64,000 nucleotides of DNA, taken from the NCBI GenBank assembly GCA_965285935.1, contig OZ260664.1:18228001-18292000 (forward strand), written 5' to 3'. The stretch comes from Ophelia neglecta. Lineage: Eukaryota. The position numbers and the translations under genes were made by a program. Positions 47,501-62,155 of this stretch are shown piece after piece; within the stretch, counting starts at the first letter, position 1, and every line of letters begins with the position of its first letter. The notes below the pieces were generated by a model that was given only the letters and a program-made list of their open reading frames with translations, was not told the DNA's origin and did not search any database.

Positions 47501-50500
47501 TACATATATGAATATGCAAAGCAATCAACTGTTTTCCATGATATTATGCAGATCACAAAATAAGCTTTTAATTGCTCAACCAGATTGAGAGCAATATGCC
47601 CTTTGTAATGAAGTAAGAGTCGCTTGGCCATTCTTCATCGTGGGAAAATAGCTGAATCTATCCCTATATACTCTACACAAATAGGGGTGCATTCTTGGGA
47701 TATCCCAAGGAGGATTGAACACGTGTATCTGCACCATATGATGTAAAGTCGGTACATTTCGATGCACATTGGGATGCACGATATCATGACACAGTTAATC
47801 TCAGACACAGTCAAGGAAAGCACTGACATACGTGAATGTTGACAAATAGCGGATCCCTAATCGTTTCTGAACTGTCGTAGAAATAAATACCGTCTATTTC
47901 CTGTAAATATAAGCCACTTGTTACTTCTTGGGATTCTAATGTCTTATTGACGTAATCTAAGAATAAGTAGTCTAAAACGCAGGGTCTTATATTTACAAGT
48001 ACTGCAAGGGCTGTTCGGTAAGAAAATCACGTAGTTGAAATTGTTGACAATAACAGTCCACAGGGTTCACTGAATTGCTTTTGAAATATAAACCTTCAGT
48101 TGCCTGTAGTATAAATAAGCTACATGTTACTTAGTAGCTGCCTGTTTATAAGCTTGGAGATTGCCAATATTCGAATCCTTTTGCTAAGTACAATTGCATA
48201 TAAACAGTTTATTGTATGTTGGTTCTTGAGCATCAGATATGTAAAGTGTAGAGTCCAACCAACACCACATGAAAGTGAATTAGTCTGTCCGTTGTTTTAT
48301 GCAAGACCATAAATGATTGTAAACTGGGATATTTTAGCGCAATAACAAAATGTTGTGCAGTTTTCGTCTGTTCGAAATACATTGATCATTGAGCTTTGAT
48401 AGATAACTTGACAGTTGGCACCATGCAGACGCAAGCAGAGCTCTTTTATTGCATTAAATAAGTGGCAGTTCATTATTGGGAATGTCAAATGAATGCTCAC
48501 AGTAGTAATTTACCTCATTATGTCATTCCGGGAAAAAGGCTGGACTGAAATATACTATTTCCAGATATTGAATTGAGCACCACAATATCCATATCATTGA
48601 AATCCCCCTTAGAATTGAAATGTTTCAAATGAAATAATAGTCCATGGCTGTCACGATTCTTTATGGGATCATTGCTTTCGTGATTCCCAATGTGACCATA
48701 TATTTGCCTTCGCTGAAAGCGTTCATCTACAATATAATGCAACATTGAATATATAATATTGAGAATGAACATGTAAAACAACAAAGTAAGTATACATCTT
48801 CTCCAAAATGAAGAATTGTTTGAATATCACTGATATAATGATGTATTTAGATGGAACAAACCTCTCCTCTAAAACATCAATTCACATGTTATTTATACTA
48901 CTTACCTTCTCCGCAGCAAAACAAAGAAACGTATAAATGTGTCACAACATTGTTGTGTTGGTAATTATATCTAAATATGTTTCCAAACTATTTAAAGAGC
49001 TGTATAAATAGCATATCAATGATTGTTAGTTCCAAAGGCCATTGGGGAAAAATAATTATTAACTAATACAATGTGAAACTTGGAAGAACAATCCTTTTTC
49101 ATGAACACGTGAAACGAGACATATATCTAAAGATCTCAGACAAATAAATTGTTCCAATCATTGATTGGCTGTGTACAATCCTAGTAAATGTCAGTTGATA
49201 TCAGTGTGGTTTGTTGTTTTATCACATTTTCAGTGAGTCGCGATGCTGAATCCAAACCATACTAACTTAGCTGGCAAGACTGGTACAAGACAAATTAGTT
49301 CATTGTAGCGAAACCAAGCTGATTATATTTTTATATTAGTGTATAGTTTCAAATATATTTTGGTTCGAAACATGATCATTCTTGTCGGCTCAATCAAAGC
49401 TCATTACACCTAATCTTGCAATTATCAAACAAAACATATTTCATGCAGGAATTTATTCAAAGCTTATCCTTCTTAAAAAAATTCAAAGGAAGGTTATCAT
49501 GGGAGAAATCCTAGAAATCAGTGAAGAACTATCAATGTTTTTTTCAGCGCCACGAATTCTAGATAGTATTTCCCTATAGAATGTATTCTGTGCAATCAAT
49601 GATTTGTGTTGTACCATATATTTGAGATACTAACGATAAGCCTCCCGTATTAATAGGTGTAGCTAGTTGTTTCTACTACAGTTAATAGGCCTCCGACGAA
49701 ACGTAATATAGCTTGGTCAGTAAGCTGTCTGGTAATGCCTTTATTTACACGGACACCAGTTAATACACAGGCGCTAATGCTAATCCTAGCACCACTTTGT
49801 TTGTTTTGTGGCTTTACTGACCTTATTGAAGACATATTGTCTTCTTGCAAACGATAGCACGTTTAATGCTGTTAATGATTTCAAAAAGCAATATTAACAG
49901 AAATTGTGAATTGGGAGTTTGGGCATGTTTGTGTGGCTGCAGCTGATGTTTCCTGACAGATATAATAGGCTTATTATGATCAATAATGTTGCTTGGTGTA
50001 CAGGGTATCAACCTTCTTGATGAACAATTGAAACCCGTCATGTCAACAGTGAGCAAAACATGTGTCATTGTTTTCTTCGCTAGTAGCCAATTGTCTACAA
50101 AACAGGTTTCTTAAAGTACTGACTGACATTCTGGTATTCTGATGCTGGTATGGCTCTAAAGAAAATGATTTTTTTATGACTAAATATATGATATTATGTT
50201 CTAATGGTAATAAGACATTGATATCAAAAGAAATGCTTGGTTTCTATTGAACCGTCATTTTAAGTTTTAAAATTGGCAATATGTGTATGGAATTGTAAGA
50301 TCATTTCATAAAAAATGGCAGTCATTACGTTCACTGTTTTATTATTGACTTTACATGTCTTACTTAGCGTCAAAGACCCAGTATTTGTATGAATGTCTGA
50401 TCTTCACCTTGATACAATTTCTTTGTTAACATATGCCGTAACGCACGTGTCGTGATATGTAGAGTGATTAGTTACTTGGCCAAGACCATCTTATACTTTT

Positions 50501-52014
50501 CCACACACTTCAGCGCACACATGGATTCTATTAAAATCAGATTCCTTTGGAGTCGAGTGTATCCCAGTCAATGAAGTCGGGGAAAATAAACATACACGAG
50601 ATCGGACTCGGCTGAACAAGAGTAATGTAGGGATTGGCGAGTTTTATATCGATTTTCCGATATCAGCCAATTGGTTGAACCGACAACGAATTTCCCGGGT
50701 TTTATAGACAGCATAACAACACAATAACAAAATGGTTACATTATATGTATTGCGCTCTGTGGATTAGAATACACTAATAGTCGAGTATCGCAAAAGTAAT
50801 CTGTCTCTAGAAATCCCATGTGTGACATTCCTTCAATGTATAATGATCATTGCATTAGCTATTTCACATTTTGGCTAGATATATCTTTGTGGCTTGCGTC
50901 TTCCCCTGTTTTGAAGGGTTGCCGGCCATAAGTAAGCAGAAAAAGAAAATCTAATACAGTTTTTCTTAACAATTCTCTTCCTTTTGAGGTTCAGCCATAA
51001 TACATATTATTACTTTGCTACTTTATCGGATTTGGATGTTTGGGGCTTAACGACATATAGGCACCATGTGGGCCATTTCGTGTCTTGGCCGGAATTCTGT
51101 GCTTCTGTCCTTCGGACAAGCACGAAATCCGGCATGGACATCCCGGACGGCTAGGGACCTACCAGCAACGTTAGTCGAATAATTGTACATTGGCACAATT
51201 GACATTTCATAGGTTTGTTGTCTTCATATCTTAGTTCACTTAGTTAACATTCTAGACTGTTGGTGAGCGGTCGGGGCATACCTCGCGGGTGCACCCGATC
51301 ATGATCAAAACACTTTCATAAAGTTCAACACACAAAGGGGCCGATGGGGTAAGAAGAGAACCACATTCTAGCGAAAATACAAAGAAAATGGCAGAAAGCC
51401 CGGGTAACGCAGATGGTAATGATTCAGGTGGTTAACTGCTTCGGTTTCCTCTTTCTTACTCTACTCGGCAAGGTCAGGGATTTTATACACTTTGCTCATG
51501 CCCTGAATTCACACCAGAAGTTTTGGTTACCTATGTATTCGTGTTTAATTTCACACAGACATTGTTTATCTCCAACAGTAGTCCGAATTTCTTGCACTGT
51601 TTAGGAGTTTCTTAGTTCACGGAGGACACCAGGAGAGTACTGAGTTGTATCCACTGGAATGCTAAAAGAGGAACTTACGTCACGCATAGGTCAGTGGAGT
51701 CTAGCAGCATAACTGGAAATTACTAACTGAGCGAACGCCACTTCAAGCTATTCTGCATTATTCACCTTAGAGCCCTCACATCTATCTCACCAGGGCAAGT
51801 CCTGCATCATGTTTGGTTGAATTTTATCACGTCATTTACTGCCAGAAATTTTGTGGGTCTGGGGAAATGCTTTTGGAAATCTAATCAAATGAAATGTGTT
51901 TGGGGTTGGGCGAAATTAAGTATCATTTCCAAATATATTCACAAGCAGAAATAATAAGCTAGAAAGCTACCAGCCTTGTCCATCCATATTAAATCAGTTT
52001 TGACATATGCTTCC

Positions 52015-52045
52015 ATGTTTATGTTATGTTATGTTATGTTTTGTT
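52015..52045. repeat. (ATGTT)n microsatellite
   Basis: atgtttatgttatgttatgttatgttttgtt. Confidence 0.8.
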
Positions 52046-55000
52046 GCTCCAAGAAGTAGTCCTTTTAATGCCCATTTGTTTGAGCGCATTTCTGACCGCT
52101 TAAACGGTTCGTTCGATTGATAAAGCTGTATAACATTGCGCTTCAATTGCGCTTCCGAGATGACTTTAAACATAGTAATCGAATTGTCCTAGGCATTCGC
52201 TTTATTATAATTTTTTAACATGAAATAGGCTGCGAGCTATTCTTGATCAATTTGCACAGCATCCTATACAAAAGAGGACGACATGGGATTACCATCTCTC
52301 TTTATCTCTACCACTTAAGAACATTAACATTATTTTGTATATTAAACTTCCTTGTTTTCACTGAGCATGATACCGACTGATGATGTAAATGGTATTGCAT
52401 GTTAACGGAAGTGTATACCCGGCAAAGAAAACAATAGGACAATATCTAATAAAACACTCAAAATGTATCACAAAACATTTATCTAAGGGCTCAGCAAAGA
52501 AGTTTGTAACGGAATTCTAAATGAATAACACAAATTATATGATTTGTAATGAGAAGTTGACAACACGTTTTCCATAGATCAACCTACAAACAAAGGGCCA
52601 GTAGACTAGAGCAAAGATAGAAAGCCCAATTGGAGAGTCGTAGTCATAGAACTTATTTTAACTATATAACTGATTAAGTGCCAGGGTATATCCGATAAGG
52701 TATCAGTATTAATTGGGGACCGGTGGTTTCTAACCTTGGGATAGGCAGAGCGGAAATAAATAGTAGCTCCTTCGAAATCGCTACATTCTTATATCTGTGA
52801 GGGTGCTAATCGAATAATCTATTATAATGTTCAACAGGAGAGATCTGAATGAGAATCATTGTCTCTGGTGAAATGTATTCTTGAAGAAGCTATGAAACAA
52901 TAATACGGAGGTACATTTCGATGCAATGACTGTGTGATTAACTGCTAGAGAAACATCTTAAAACTAGGCTTAATCTGCTAGTTGTTTCATGTTTTGATGC
53001 GTCTCGATAGACGTTAGCGTGCAGACAATATGTAATTACAATAAAGGCTACCCAATGAAGGAGTTTCATTAGCTAAAGTGTGTGAGCAATTTGTCATTGA
53101 TGATGATGAACAAGTTCGTACGTGACTTCATACGTCCCACTTCAATTCATAAGTGCAAGTGACACAAGTGTCAGACTTATGTAGACATTGGGTCACCGGT
53201 GCATAGGGCCCAGTGGCGGTTCATATTCATGCCATGTCCCTTAACGGCGAATTTATCTCACACTGAGGTCAATTATAAGGAACCAATCTTGGTTTTAACA
53301 ATGGATAAAGTGACGAAGGTCATTTGAAAATACGTAGTAGGTGCTAATATGAATTCATTGCCAGTCAGGGTGGTGAAGACTCTGGAACAAATGTGAATAG
53401 CTCTCTTTCTCGCATTGAACTGCAAAACCACTTAGCCAAATTTGAAAAGCTGAACAAAGAATCAACCGGATGTAACCAACTAAACATTTTCTCTGTCCAT
53501 TACTACAATTAAGACGTTAATTTCTTACTTTTAGACTATTGTGTCAGGTACTGGGTGAAAAGGGAAACACATTATGGTGCTTAGCGCATTAATATTTCAA
53601 ACTTTAAATAGAGACTTGTGCGGCCGGAGCAAAATCATAAGAGGGTAAGTATTTTAAAACAGAAGTAGGGATGTCCTTATACATGTTCAATATGGTTATC
53701 GCTCTCTTTGGTATTTGATGGTTATTCGGCAGGTTATTATCATATGAATGTAGGGTTGTAGAGCAATGTTATGGTTCTAGAAGGACCTATTGCAAATCAT
53801 ATTTAATCGTGGCATGGCATTTGAAACTAGTGCAAACCTGTTTAAAATGAAAAAAATGCTAGAGACCTATTGTACTGTCTAACTGTCCAATGAGGAAGGC
53901 GTATTTTCAGTGAGTTTCAAGGAACAAAATGTGTGACTTCCGATTTATCGACACTCCTGCAGGAAGATTTATAATAAGCAATGACGTGTAAATCATACCG
54001 AATAGCCACAGGTCTCATGACTCATCGTTGATCGTTTTGAACAACTAATTTGCCGAATGAAAGTTAGGTTTATTTCACCCCTGTTTGTGTTTATCGGCCA
54101 GACGCAGATGGTAAGAAGGCGCTCATACATATTGTCTTTTTTAATTTAATTTATAAGAAGGAGCGCAGGATTTGAAAAGCAATAGATCTAGGAAATCCTA
54201 CTTATTAATCTTGCTGGTTGACTATAAAAAAGGCATATACAAATTAGCACAATCGTTTTATTTTCCAACCAACACCATCTGCGACTTTCCATTTACATTC
54301 AATGCGTTCCTGACAGTTGCCGAGCTCCTGGCATTGATGAGTAATTACATCATTTAACTCCTGGTCTTCTGTGCTGCACATTATGTCACATTGCTGTCCG
54401 CCGGGAGCTTAGTTAGCGCCATATCGCAGTTTGGTTTTGTACCATCCAATTTCCAAAAGAAAATTGCTTTCACCTGATAAGCATTGATTCGTACTTGCAT
54501 CAGCCTTACAGAATGTACAAAGATGATTGACATTACTTGAGATTTGTTTGAGTTTGAATATCCACCCATATAAAAAGTATTTTACATTAACTTACGAACA
54601 TGTTTCATTCCTATCATGTATTCGCTCCTCTATAAATTCTAAATTGTGAGAAAAAATACAATGAGCCAGGTGTCAAAAGTACGGTTAATGTGTTTAGCTA
54701 ACCTCGCAGAAAGCCTGCTGGACAGTACACAAAAGCAAAAGGAACGTCTGGTTATTTTGTATTTTGCGCAATAGCAAGGGATTAGCGCGGATGCCTGAGT
54801 GGTAATGTATGTAATGGCCAAAAAGATATTGCACAGTTACCACTATTATATGCTGATCGCATGGCATCAGTCGAATCTGGAGAAGCAGCTGCAAGTAAAT
54901 GACGGTTTTTTCGCGTAGAATACATATCGCAGGGAGCCTCTTTGGACTGCAGTTAAGTTATGTCAATCGTACGGTTCTAATGCAAATAGTAAGTAAGAAT

Positions 55001-58000
55001 TGTGTGACACCACAGAGGCGTTATTTTTGCTTTGTTGCCTCGTATAATACCCATTACTTATTTTGGTCGGTCACTAGGGAATTAGCCTAAACTATTTGTT
55101 CCGAGGGAGGCGTCCGATAAACTACTTCGGTTTCTGTAAGGAATTCATCGGGTACCTCCGTCGGGACATATAGCTTAGCCTGCTTCCCTATCAAGATCCA
55201 TATTTGTTTTATGATACATCCATGATAATATTAATAAAGCGCTATTCAGAATTTCGTGAAGGGCGCCACTTATGCCATTTATGTAATCCCATTGTACAAA
55301 TTTTCGCAAAAGAATAACGAGCCATGTGTACCTATCTGATGCATTTTCTGCAGCGAAGTGTTCATTCCGTCCAGAGCTACAATTCGGTAATAAAATGCAC
55401 TTACACTGATGCTCAATAAGCAATCCAATTATGCCAACGTAAATGTATTTATGCAATATCATTGTTCAATTACCTCAGGTACCATTACGTAACGGATCGA
55501 ATGCATAGTTGACTGATACATGTAGTGATATGTATGCTTTGTTCATTACAAAATAAGTTAAGCTGTACATAATACAGTATTCGGTAACAATGTATCGACA
55601 TGCCAAGTTCCCATTGCAATGATTATAAGGCTTATAAACATTATCTACTATTAGAGTGATATGTTCTTGATATCATGCCATACATCTTATCTCATGAAAA
55701 ATGCTAGTATACAGTCGTTTGGCTAGGCAAGAAGTTTAAAACGTTAGTTCACTGTAGTTTAATTTTGGTAAATAATAATGGTAGCCCTCGCTATATATTA
55801 ACGCATTGAATCAAAAGTCTCAATTGTAAGATTCGCAGATCAGTGTATGTTCATCCCTTAGTTTCTATTATGGTCCGATGACAACTCACCAGGTCACAGG
55901 TTTACCTCACGCTCAATATGACCGCTCCTGTTTGAAAACAATGGCCACGTGTCGACTGGGGCAGCAAACTTGGCCCGGATTGTCCTTACGAATGGTTTCC
56001 GGATAAAATGGCGTCCTTATCTATATACTTACCGTTTCATATACATGTATTATATAACAAAGCTTCTCCGTGTTGTGCCTTTTAAATTATCCGATTATTC
56101 CTGTGATGTAGATGAATTAAGTCATTTCATAGGTCGTCCTTTTTTCACTAGACTGTCCTTGGGAAATTATACGCTTTATTTGTGCATTCGGAGGAATATT
56201 GTGTTGCTCCTTAATTTGTTGGCAGAAAAGACACCATGCCCATGCCTTAAGCCAATTGGAATATTTGTATATTACACGGAAAACTGCAGTCGAATGACAT
56301 TTAGTTCAAAGCTGGGTGTCAGCATCTATCTTGTCAGACGAGCGACCTTCCTGGCATAAAATGTCACTCCGAAGTAATAATTCAAATAAAGCATGTTCCC
56401 GTGGGCATTCCACACGTTCCATAGGCATTTCAGACTGACTCATACACATGCTATATTGCTCTTTAATATGCCCACCTTCACATCTATTGATCTCTTGTAG
56501 ACAGACTTTTAGAGATCAGGAAAATGGAAGCAAGTTACGAAATATTGACAACAATTAACTTTTTGATCTTTTGCTTATTGCTTCCAATGGCAATTACTCT
56601 CAGCGACGGTTTGCTTTACTTTAAGATTGTAGGTATTCAGATGTATCATTCGTTGGACTTGGTTTTTATATTTCTATATTGCTAGGATGCAGCAGACGAT
56701 CCATGAAATATATGAGAAAGAGGTTATCTTCTCAATGTCCTTCCAGGGGCTGGTACCAGCTTCTTGGTATCATTCCGGTTTCCTTAGAAGCCTGGGTTGT
56801 TTTTCATTGACAGGTAATTTTTAACACATTATGTCAGATAAGTGTGACAGGAGATGTGTTAATATTGGTATAGCCATCCATAGCAAAAACTGGGTTCAGA
56901 AAGTTCAATAAATAATAAACTGAAGCTTGTATATCTATTAATTATGTTTACCCTTTCAGTTGTGTTTCATAATGTGTCTTTCGAAGCAATTTTACGCCAT
57001 CTGCTGCATAAAGTTGACGGCTATGCATGTTCTTAATTGGACGTAGTACGATAATAATCAATACATGTTCAGTTCTCTGTTATAAAAGAATTATTTATCA
57101 AAGAGCCATCACTCGGCAAACATCAAGATGATCTAATCACATGCACAAACATCAACCACCTCCACAAGTCACTCGATAAAAATAGGGTATAAGTATATCT
57201 TGTAGGAAATATATTCGCCTTTACGATTGATATATTTCAACAGAAGACTGTATTGCGCCGTGCTGCTGCATAATGTTGGCCACGCAAACATAAGTACATC
57301 AGATCTAGGCGAGGGCCGGCAGGATGGGATGGCGTTGATGCGCTGCTGTGCACGAATCATCAACCATGCATGACTTTGAGCCAGCGACATGCACTTGCTT
57401 TCACTCATATGTTATGTGCACCGAATGGACTCCTGCACATATCGTTTAAGCATTCTGAGGTGGAGGTGTTCGGAATGAGAAGAGTGTGGTAGAATACAAG
57501 TAATGCTTGTAGCCAGAGCACGTTTGGAATTAAAACAGTGCACCTATGGAGACGTGCAACTCCATCTTTGGGCTAAGGTGTTTTGAAATAGGTAAGGAAA
57601 AAGAAATATGCCTCATTTTTTCTTACATGTGATCAGGTCATTTAAGGTCACATTTTTTGCAGACCCCTCATGTTGACATATTCTACCCAACCTATAAATG
57701 TGAAATGTTATTAAGTATCGGAGTCTCTAAATCAATGGTGAAAGGTCTACTGTTTGCATTGGTAACATAAGGACTCGACTAGCGGCTAACAATTAGTAAG
57801 TAAGTGTTCATTTTGCAATTAACAAATGTTGAAAATCTACCTTAGGGATACTTACATGGCTTGTCTGATGCACTATCATCCAGACCTTCTTCATCGCATC
57901 TCGGGAGTCGCCGTTATGTCAATAGATAACTCAATTAGTCGAGAATGGAGAATACTGGCGGTCCAATTACATGCTGATGTAATATCTAGCTGTTTTTGGT

Positions 58001-60236
58001 AGAAACTGCCTTCTTTTGCGACCTTCGTGAGCAGTCCGATATTAAGTACGTTATCGACAATGTTATAAGATTTGACTTTAAGTGTTTCATTTTAGTGTGT
58101 ACTGAGCAAAAGAGGTCATTTCATTCCATGTAATTGGGCTAAAGCTTAAGCAGGTCATATGGGCTAAACTGTAGTTATTAGCACTTGTTAAAACCATCGT
58201 GCACAAATATGTCGATGGGCTTGCAACATTGCCCTTGAAACTAAGTTTCAATGACAATAAAGTTCGGCAGAAAAACTAAGATGATTTGCTGATTTCCAGC
58301 TAATATCAATCAAACCATGGTAATGGGGAAGTATAGTCTCATTAAATTTGCGCAGTCTCGTCACTTATGTTCCAGTGGCCAATGAACTTTTCATCGATAC
58401 ATAGGCACAGCATCGATGGGGGTAAACATGATAAATCTTCTAGCCGCATCTGTTGGATGTAAATATGGAGTGTATGTCCGAGCCTCTTAGCATATTACAG
58501 CAAATGGGGCTTCAATCCGGAAAATGATGGAAGCCGATTCAGTGTTTAATTACATAAAATGGTTCTGTACAGTCATGAGTAGTTACATGTGTTAATATAG
58601 TTACAGACGGGTCATTGATTAAACGCGAGACTAGGGTTAGGCTAAGGGTTAATTACAGGGTTAAGGGAAGGGTTAGTGACAGGTTCATTAGGTCCATTTC
58701 TGTCTTAATTTCGGGATTTACCTCCGCAATGCTTCACGCTTCCGCTTTTAATCAAAAGCCGTACCGGCATGTTCTCTTGTCGGCGCTATGGGAGAATAAT
58801 AAAATAGCTTTTCATTGGCCCCTGTCTAGTACAGTCTGGTGCAGGGACGCGTCTGATGGAGCTGAGACCATTATAGCTCTCCAAAGGCATTTCCCTCCTG
58901 TCCTACGTTGACCACTGAAACGCTTGTTTAATGCTAGTGACTACTTTCCATTGCAAGTGATATCAAGTTTATATTTCCATCATTATAATTTGCAGTACAG
59001 GTTTATTTACTGTTTAGGAGCTGGGGATTAACTTATAGATGTGTGTGGGGCTGTGGCTGATGGTACCTGATGATATCGGTCCGATTGAATGGACAACTTG
59101 TTGACTAATGATTTAGCTTTCTCTGTCGGGTATCCATTCCCGTTTTGTTATTAGAACATCCCTTCCATGCCGATTTTGAATCAAATAGATAAAGATTTAT
59201 AGTTATATTGTGCTATGGATAAGACAATATATATTATTCGCTACGGATTCTTCATTTGCATTGGCTTCTAGAATCAAGGACTGGCGGAAGTTAAGCTTTA
59301 TTTCCACTCTGTTAGTCGCCAAGACGTTTCGTCCAGGCAATCAATTGTGTTTCACTGCGGGCGACAAATAAGGCTCGGGTTGAAACAATGTTGTCGCAAT
59401 CGCCGTTTCAATTGCACGGAAATCCTGAACGTAATAGCAGTACGCGTCTCAGGGCCACTAACAAATGTGAATATCCTGAAAACAGGTGAAAGAGGTGAAT
59501 AAGAAACACATCTTCCTAAAAAATGGACCTTTAAAGATCCATATTCTATTGGACCAATTCGGGGATATCTTTGCTTCCTCACAGCTTAATGAAAGATGTT
59601 CAACGCTGCACTTGGTTTGAAAAGGAAACAGAATGTCTACTAGTACATTGTTATGATGGTTACGTGTTTGCCAAATTTGTGTTGTTTCATCGTGTTATAA
59701 TTTTTCATGTGAGCCATTTTACTTCATAGCACTTGCCATTCAAAATAATAGAACCATAGATATTTGCTCCAAAGAATCTTAATATAACATTGAATTACTC
59801 GGCCATTTACTATTTATAAGACAGTTTGTTATTATTCGAGCAGCATAAAGTCCCATGTTTGACGTTGTTATTCACACAAGTGTGGTGACGCTTATTTTGA
59901 TAGTTCAAGTGATATTATTTTGTGAAGTACTGTTTTACCGTGAAACATTATAACACTCCATTAACACGGGATAGCGCACACCATATAGTTTTTACTTTAT
60001 ACAAATTGTAAATAATAATTATAATAATTGGTTGTTTAATTTCTCAAAACATACACTATCTATCACAATTATAAGAAATGAATCGTTTGTTTAGAATCTA
60101 TGTATGGGATTATTGACCAATTCTGTGAATACGCTGCCCACTGAATAGCCACATCAGTAATGACCAACCTATTCAGGCTGTTTGCTTCAGGACAATAAGG
60201 GCATCTCATGTACATCAGTAAAATTCCGTGACAGGA

Positions 60237-60279
60237 CCCCCCCCCCCCCAACCACACACACACACACACACACACACCC
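60237..60279. repeat. poly-C plus (CA)n compound microsatellite (similar tract at 12665-12693)
   Basis: C13 run followed by ~12 CA units. Confidence 0.85.
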
Positions 60280-61940
60280 TTGGTTCATATCGTACTATGG
60301 GCGTTTCTGTGCATAAAAGATTAATTTGATCTAAGAATGGCTTTTGAATCATATTACGAGCATTAACACTTTGAACCACCGGGTTTCATATTGCAGGGAA
60401 TCAGATAAACTGTAAATTTGAAGCCGAAGCAGCTAATGCATGTATTCGTAGCATGTTGTGAAGCTGCGTTTTGGTTAGCTTGAATTGAATATGATTTTCT
60501 ATTTTATTAGTCTGAGCAGCACGATTTTTCCGAATAATATACATGAATATATTCATTTAGTTTCTGGTGCACCAAGGACTCATCCATATAAATTGAATCA
60601 AAAAGGCATGAAGTTGCACATTTTGGGATAATGATATTGAAATTTATCATGCATCACTCTGCCAATGATATTACTGGTTGGCGATGGTGCCTTTAAACCG
60701 CAAAGTGTATATTCTATCAAATCATTGATCCTAGAAATGTCTGGTAAGCACCAGAGTTTGCCCGCATAAAAGCCAGCTAAGGGTAACCGTAACAAGCACT
60801 GTATGGTGGATAATGTGTTTAAATCTGTCAATTTTCCCAAGCTCCAAGGTCATAGGCCTGGTTTGTACGCGTAGCAACGGATTTCTATAAGAGCCTGTTT
60901 ATCTGGTACATCATATTTTTCGCAATATACTCCATGAGCAAATGGGCTCTTTTTTTCCATCCTTTCTGTCATGAAAAAAGCAATGACTTATACAGAATAT
61001 GAATAGCAACGTACAAGGTAGTCATTAACGCCTCTTCCATACTAAGGTTTTATTATTATTGGTGTGATTGGCGGCGCATAATTAACTTATAAGGAAAGTT
61101 ATAAAATACACTCTGTATATGCTTTGCATTAAAAGTCTGGCTATGACATTTCGCTTAATATATAGGTTTTTTTTCCCATATTAATGTATTGATGCCTTAG
61201 TGGGCTATTTCAAATATTATTCTAGATTACATATAGTACCAGATTTATGGCTGCTGGTTTCACAAACTGGCAGAAAACAGAATGATGCATTTATATTTGG
61301 ATGGAGCTCTTTCGTCGTGGAATAGTAGTGATCACATAGAGTTTTATTGACATTTCTTTCAAGGATGGGGCCTGTTACATTTCGCAATCTTTTTTTTATT
61401 TAATTTTGTTCAATTGATAATAAGCAGATTATGGAGAAGTCCATAATTATTACCATATCTTAGGATTGCAACTTGAACAATGGCTCTATCAAAATATATT
61501 TGCATTTCAAGACACCAAAATTTCAATGTATGTCTTTTAGACAAAATGCATGAAATTTCAAATAATAGTGTCCATGCATTTATAGTAATACTCCCATTTC
61601 TCCAAATTATGTGAACTTTACCCAGAAACTTTGCATTGCTTTTTTGACTGGTGTCTAGCCAAAGCTAAGAATGTCTGCAGCTAGGAACGAGCATATACGA
61701 TCACACGAAAGCTCAATCTCGATGAGAAACAATATGTAATTGAGGAATTTTTTTTGATCATTTGGATTCTGCTATGCTTGGCCTATTTCTTAAACGTTCG
61801 CAACGTGAGTTCAATTTGACCTTTATAAACAGAAACCAATTAGGAAGTCATCAAAATAAGCCGGTTTTCCTATACTGTGTCTGCCCTTTCGGCACTGGAC
61901 ATCTTTGTACTAATACTAACCAAAAACCACAGCTACAGGC

Positions 61941-62155
61941 GGCTTTGTGTACACGGCGAACGCGAAAGCAGCGAAAGCAGCATTTCACAATACTCTAAAA
62001 TATTAGTTATTTTATAACCCAACCCTAACCCTAACTCAATTTTGTTTACGATATAAATGGGTATGGATAGGTTTATTATTGTGTTCATATTAGCTCAATT
62101 TAAGAAGCCATGCCGCTTTCGCCGAAGCTTTCGCGTTCGCCGTTTACACAAAGCC
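61941..62155. mobile_element. 215-bp MITE with ~29-bp TIRs and an 8-bp TSD (Merlin- or hAT-like), internal CCCTAA repeats
   Basis: Left GGCTTTGTGTACACGGCGAACGCGAAAGC; right end reverse complement GGCTTTGTGTAAACGGCGAACGCGAAAGC (28/29). Flanked by CTACAGGC at 61933-61940 and 62156-62163. Confidence 0.9.

Noticed and set aside
59060-59098. Minimal hammerhead ribozyme (CTGATGA-stem-GAA)
   Set aside because: Lacks the GAAA core and a convincing helix III and cleavage triplet.
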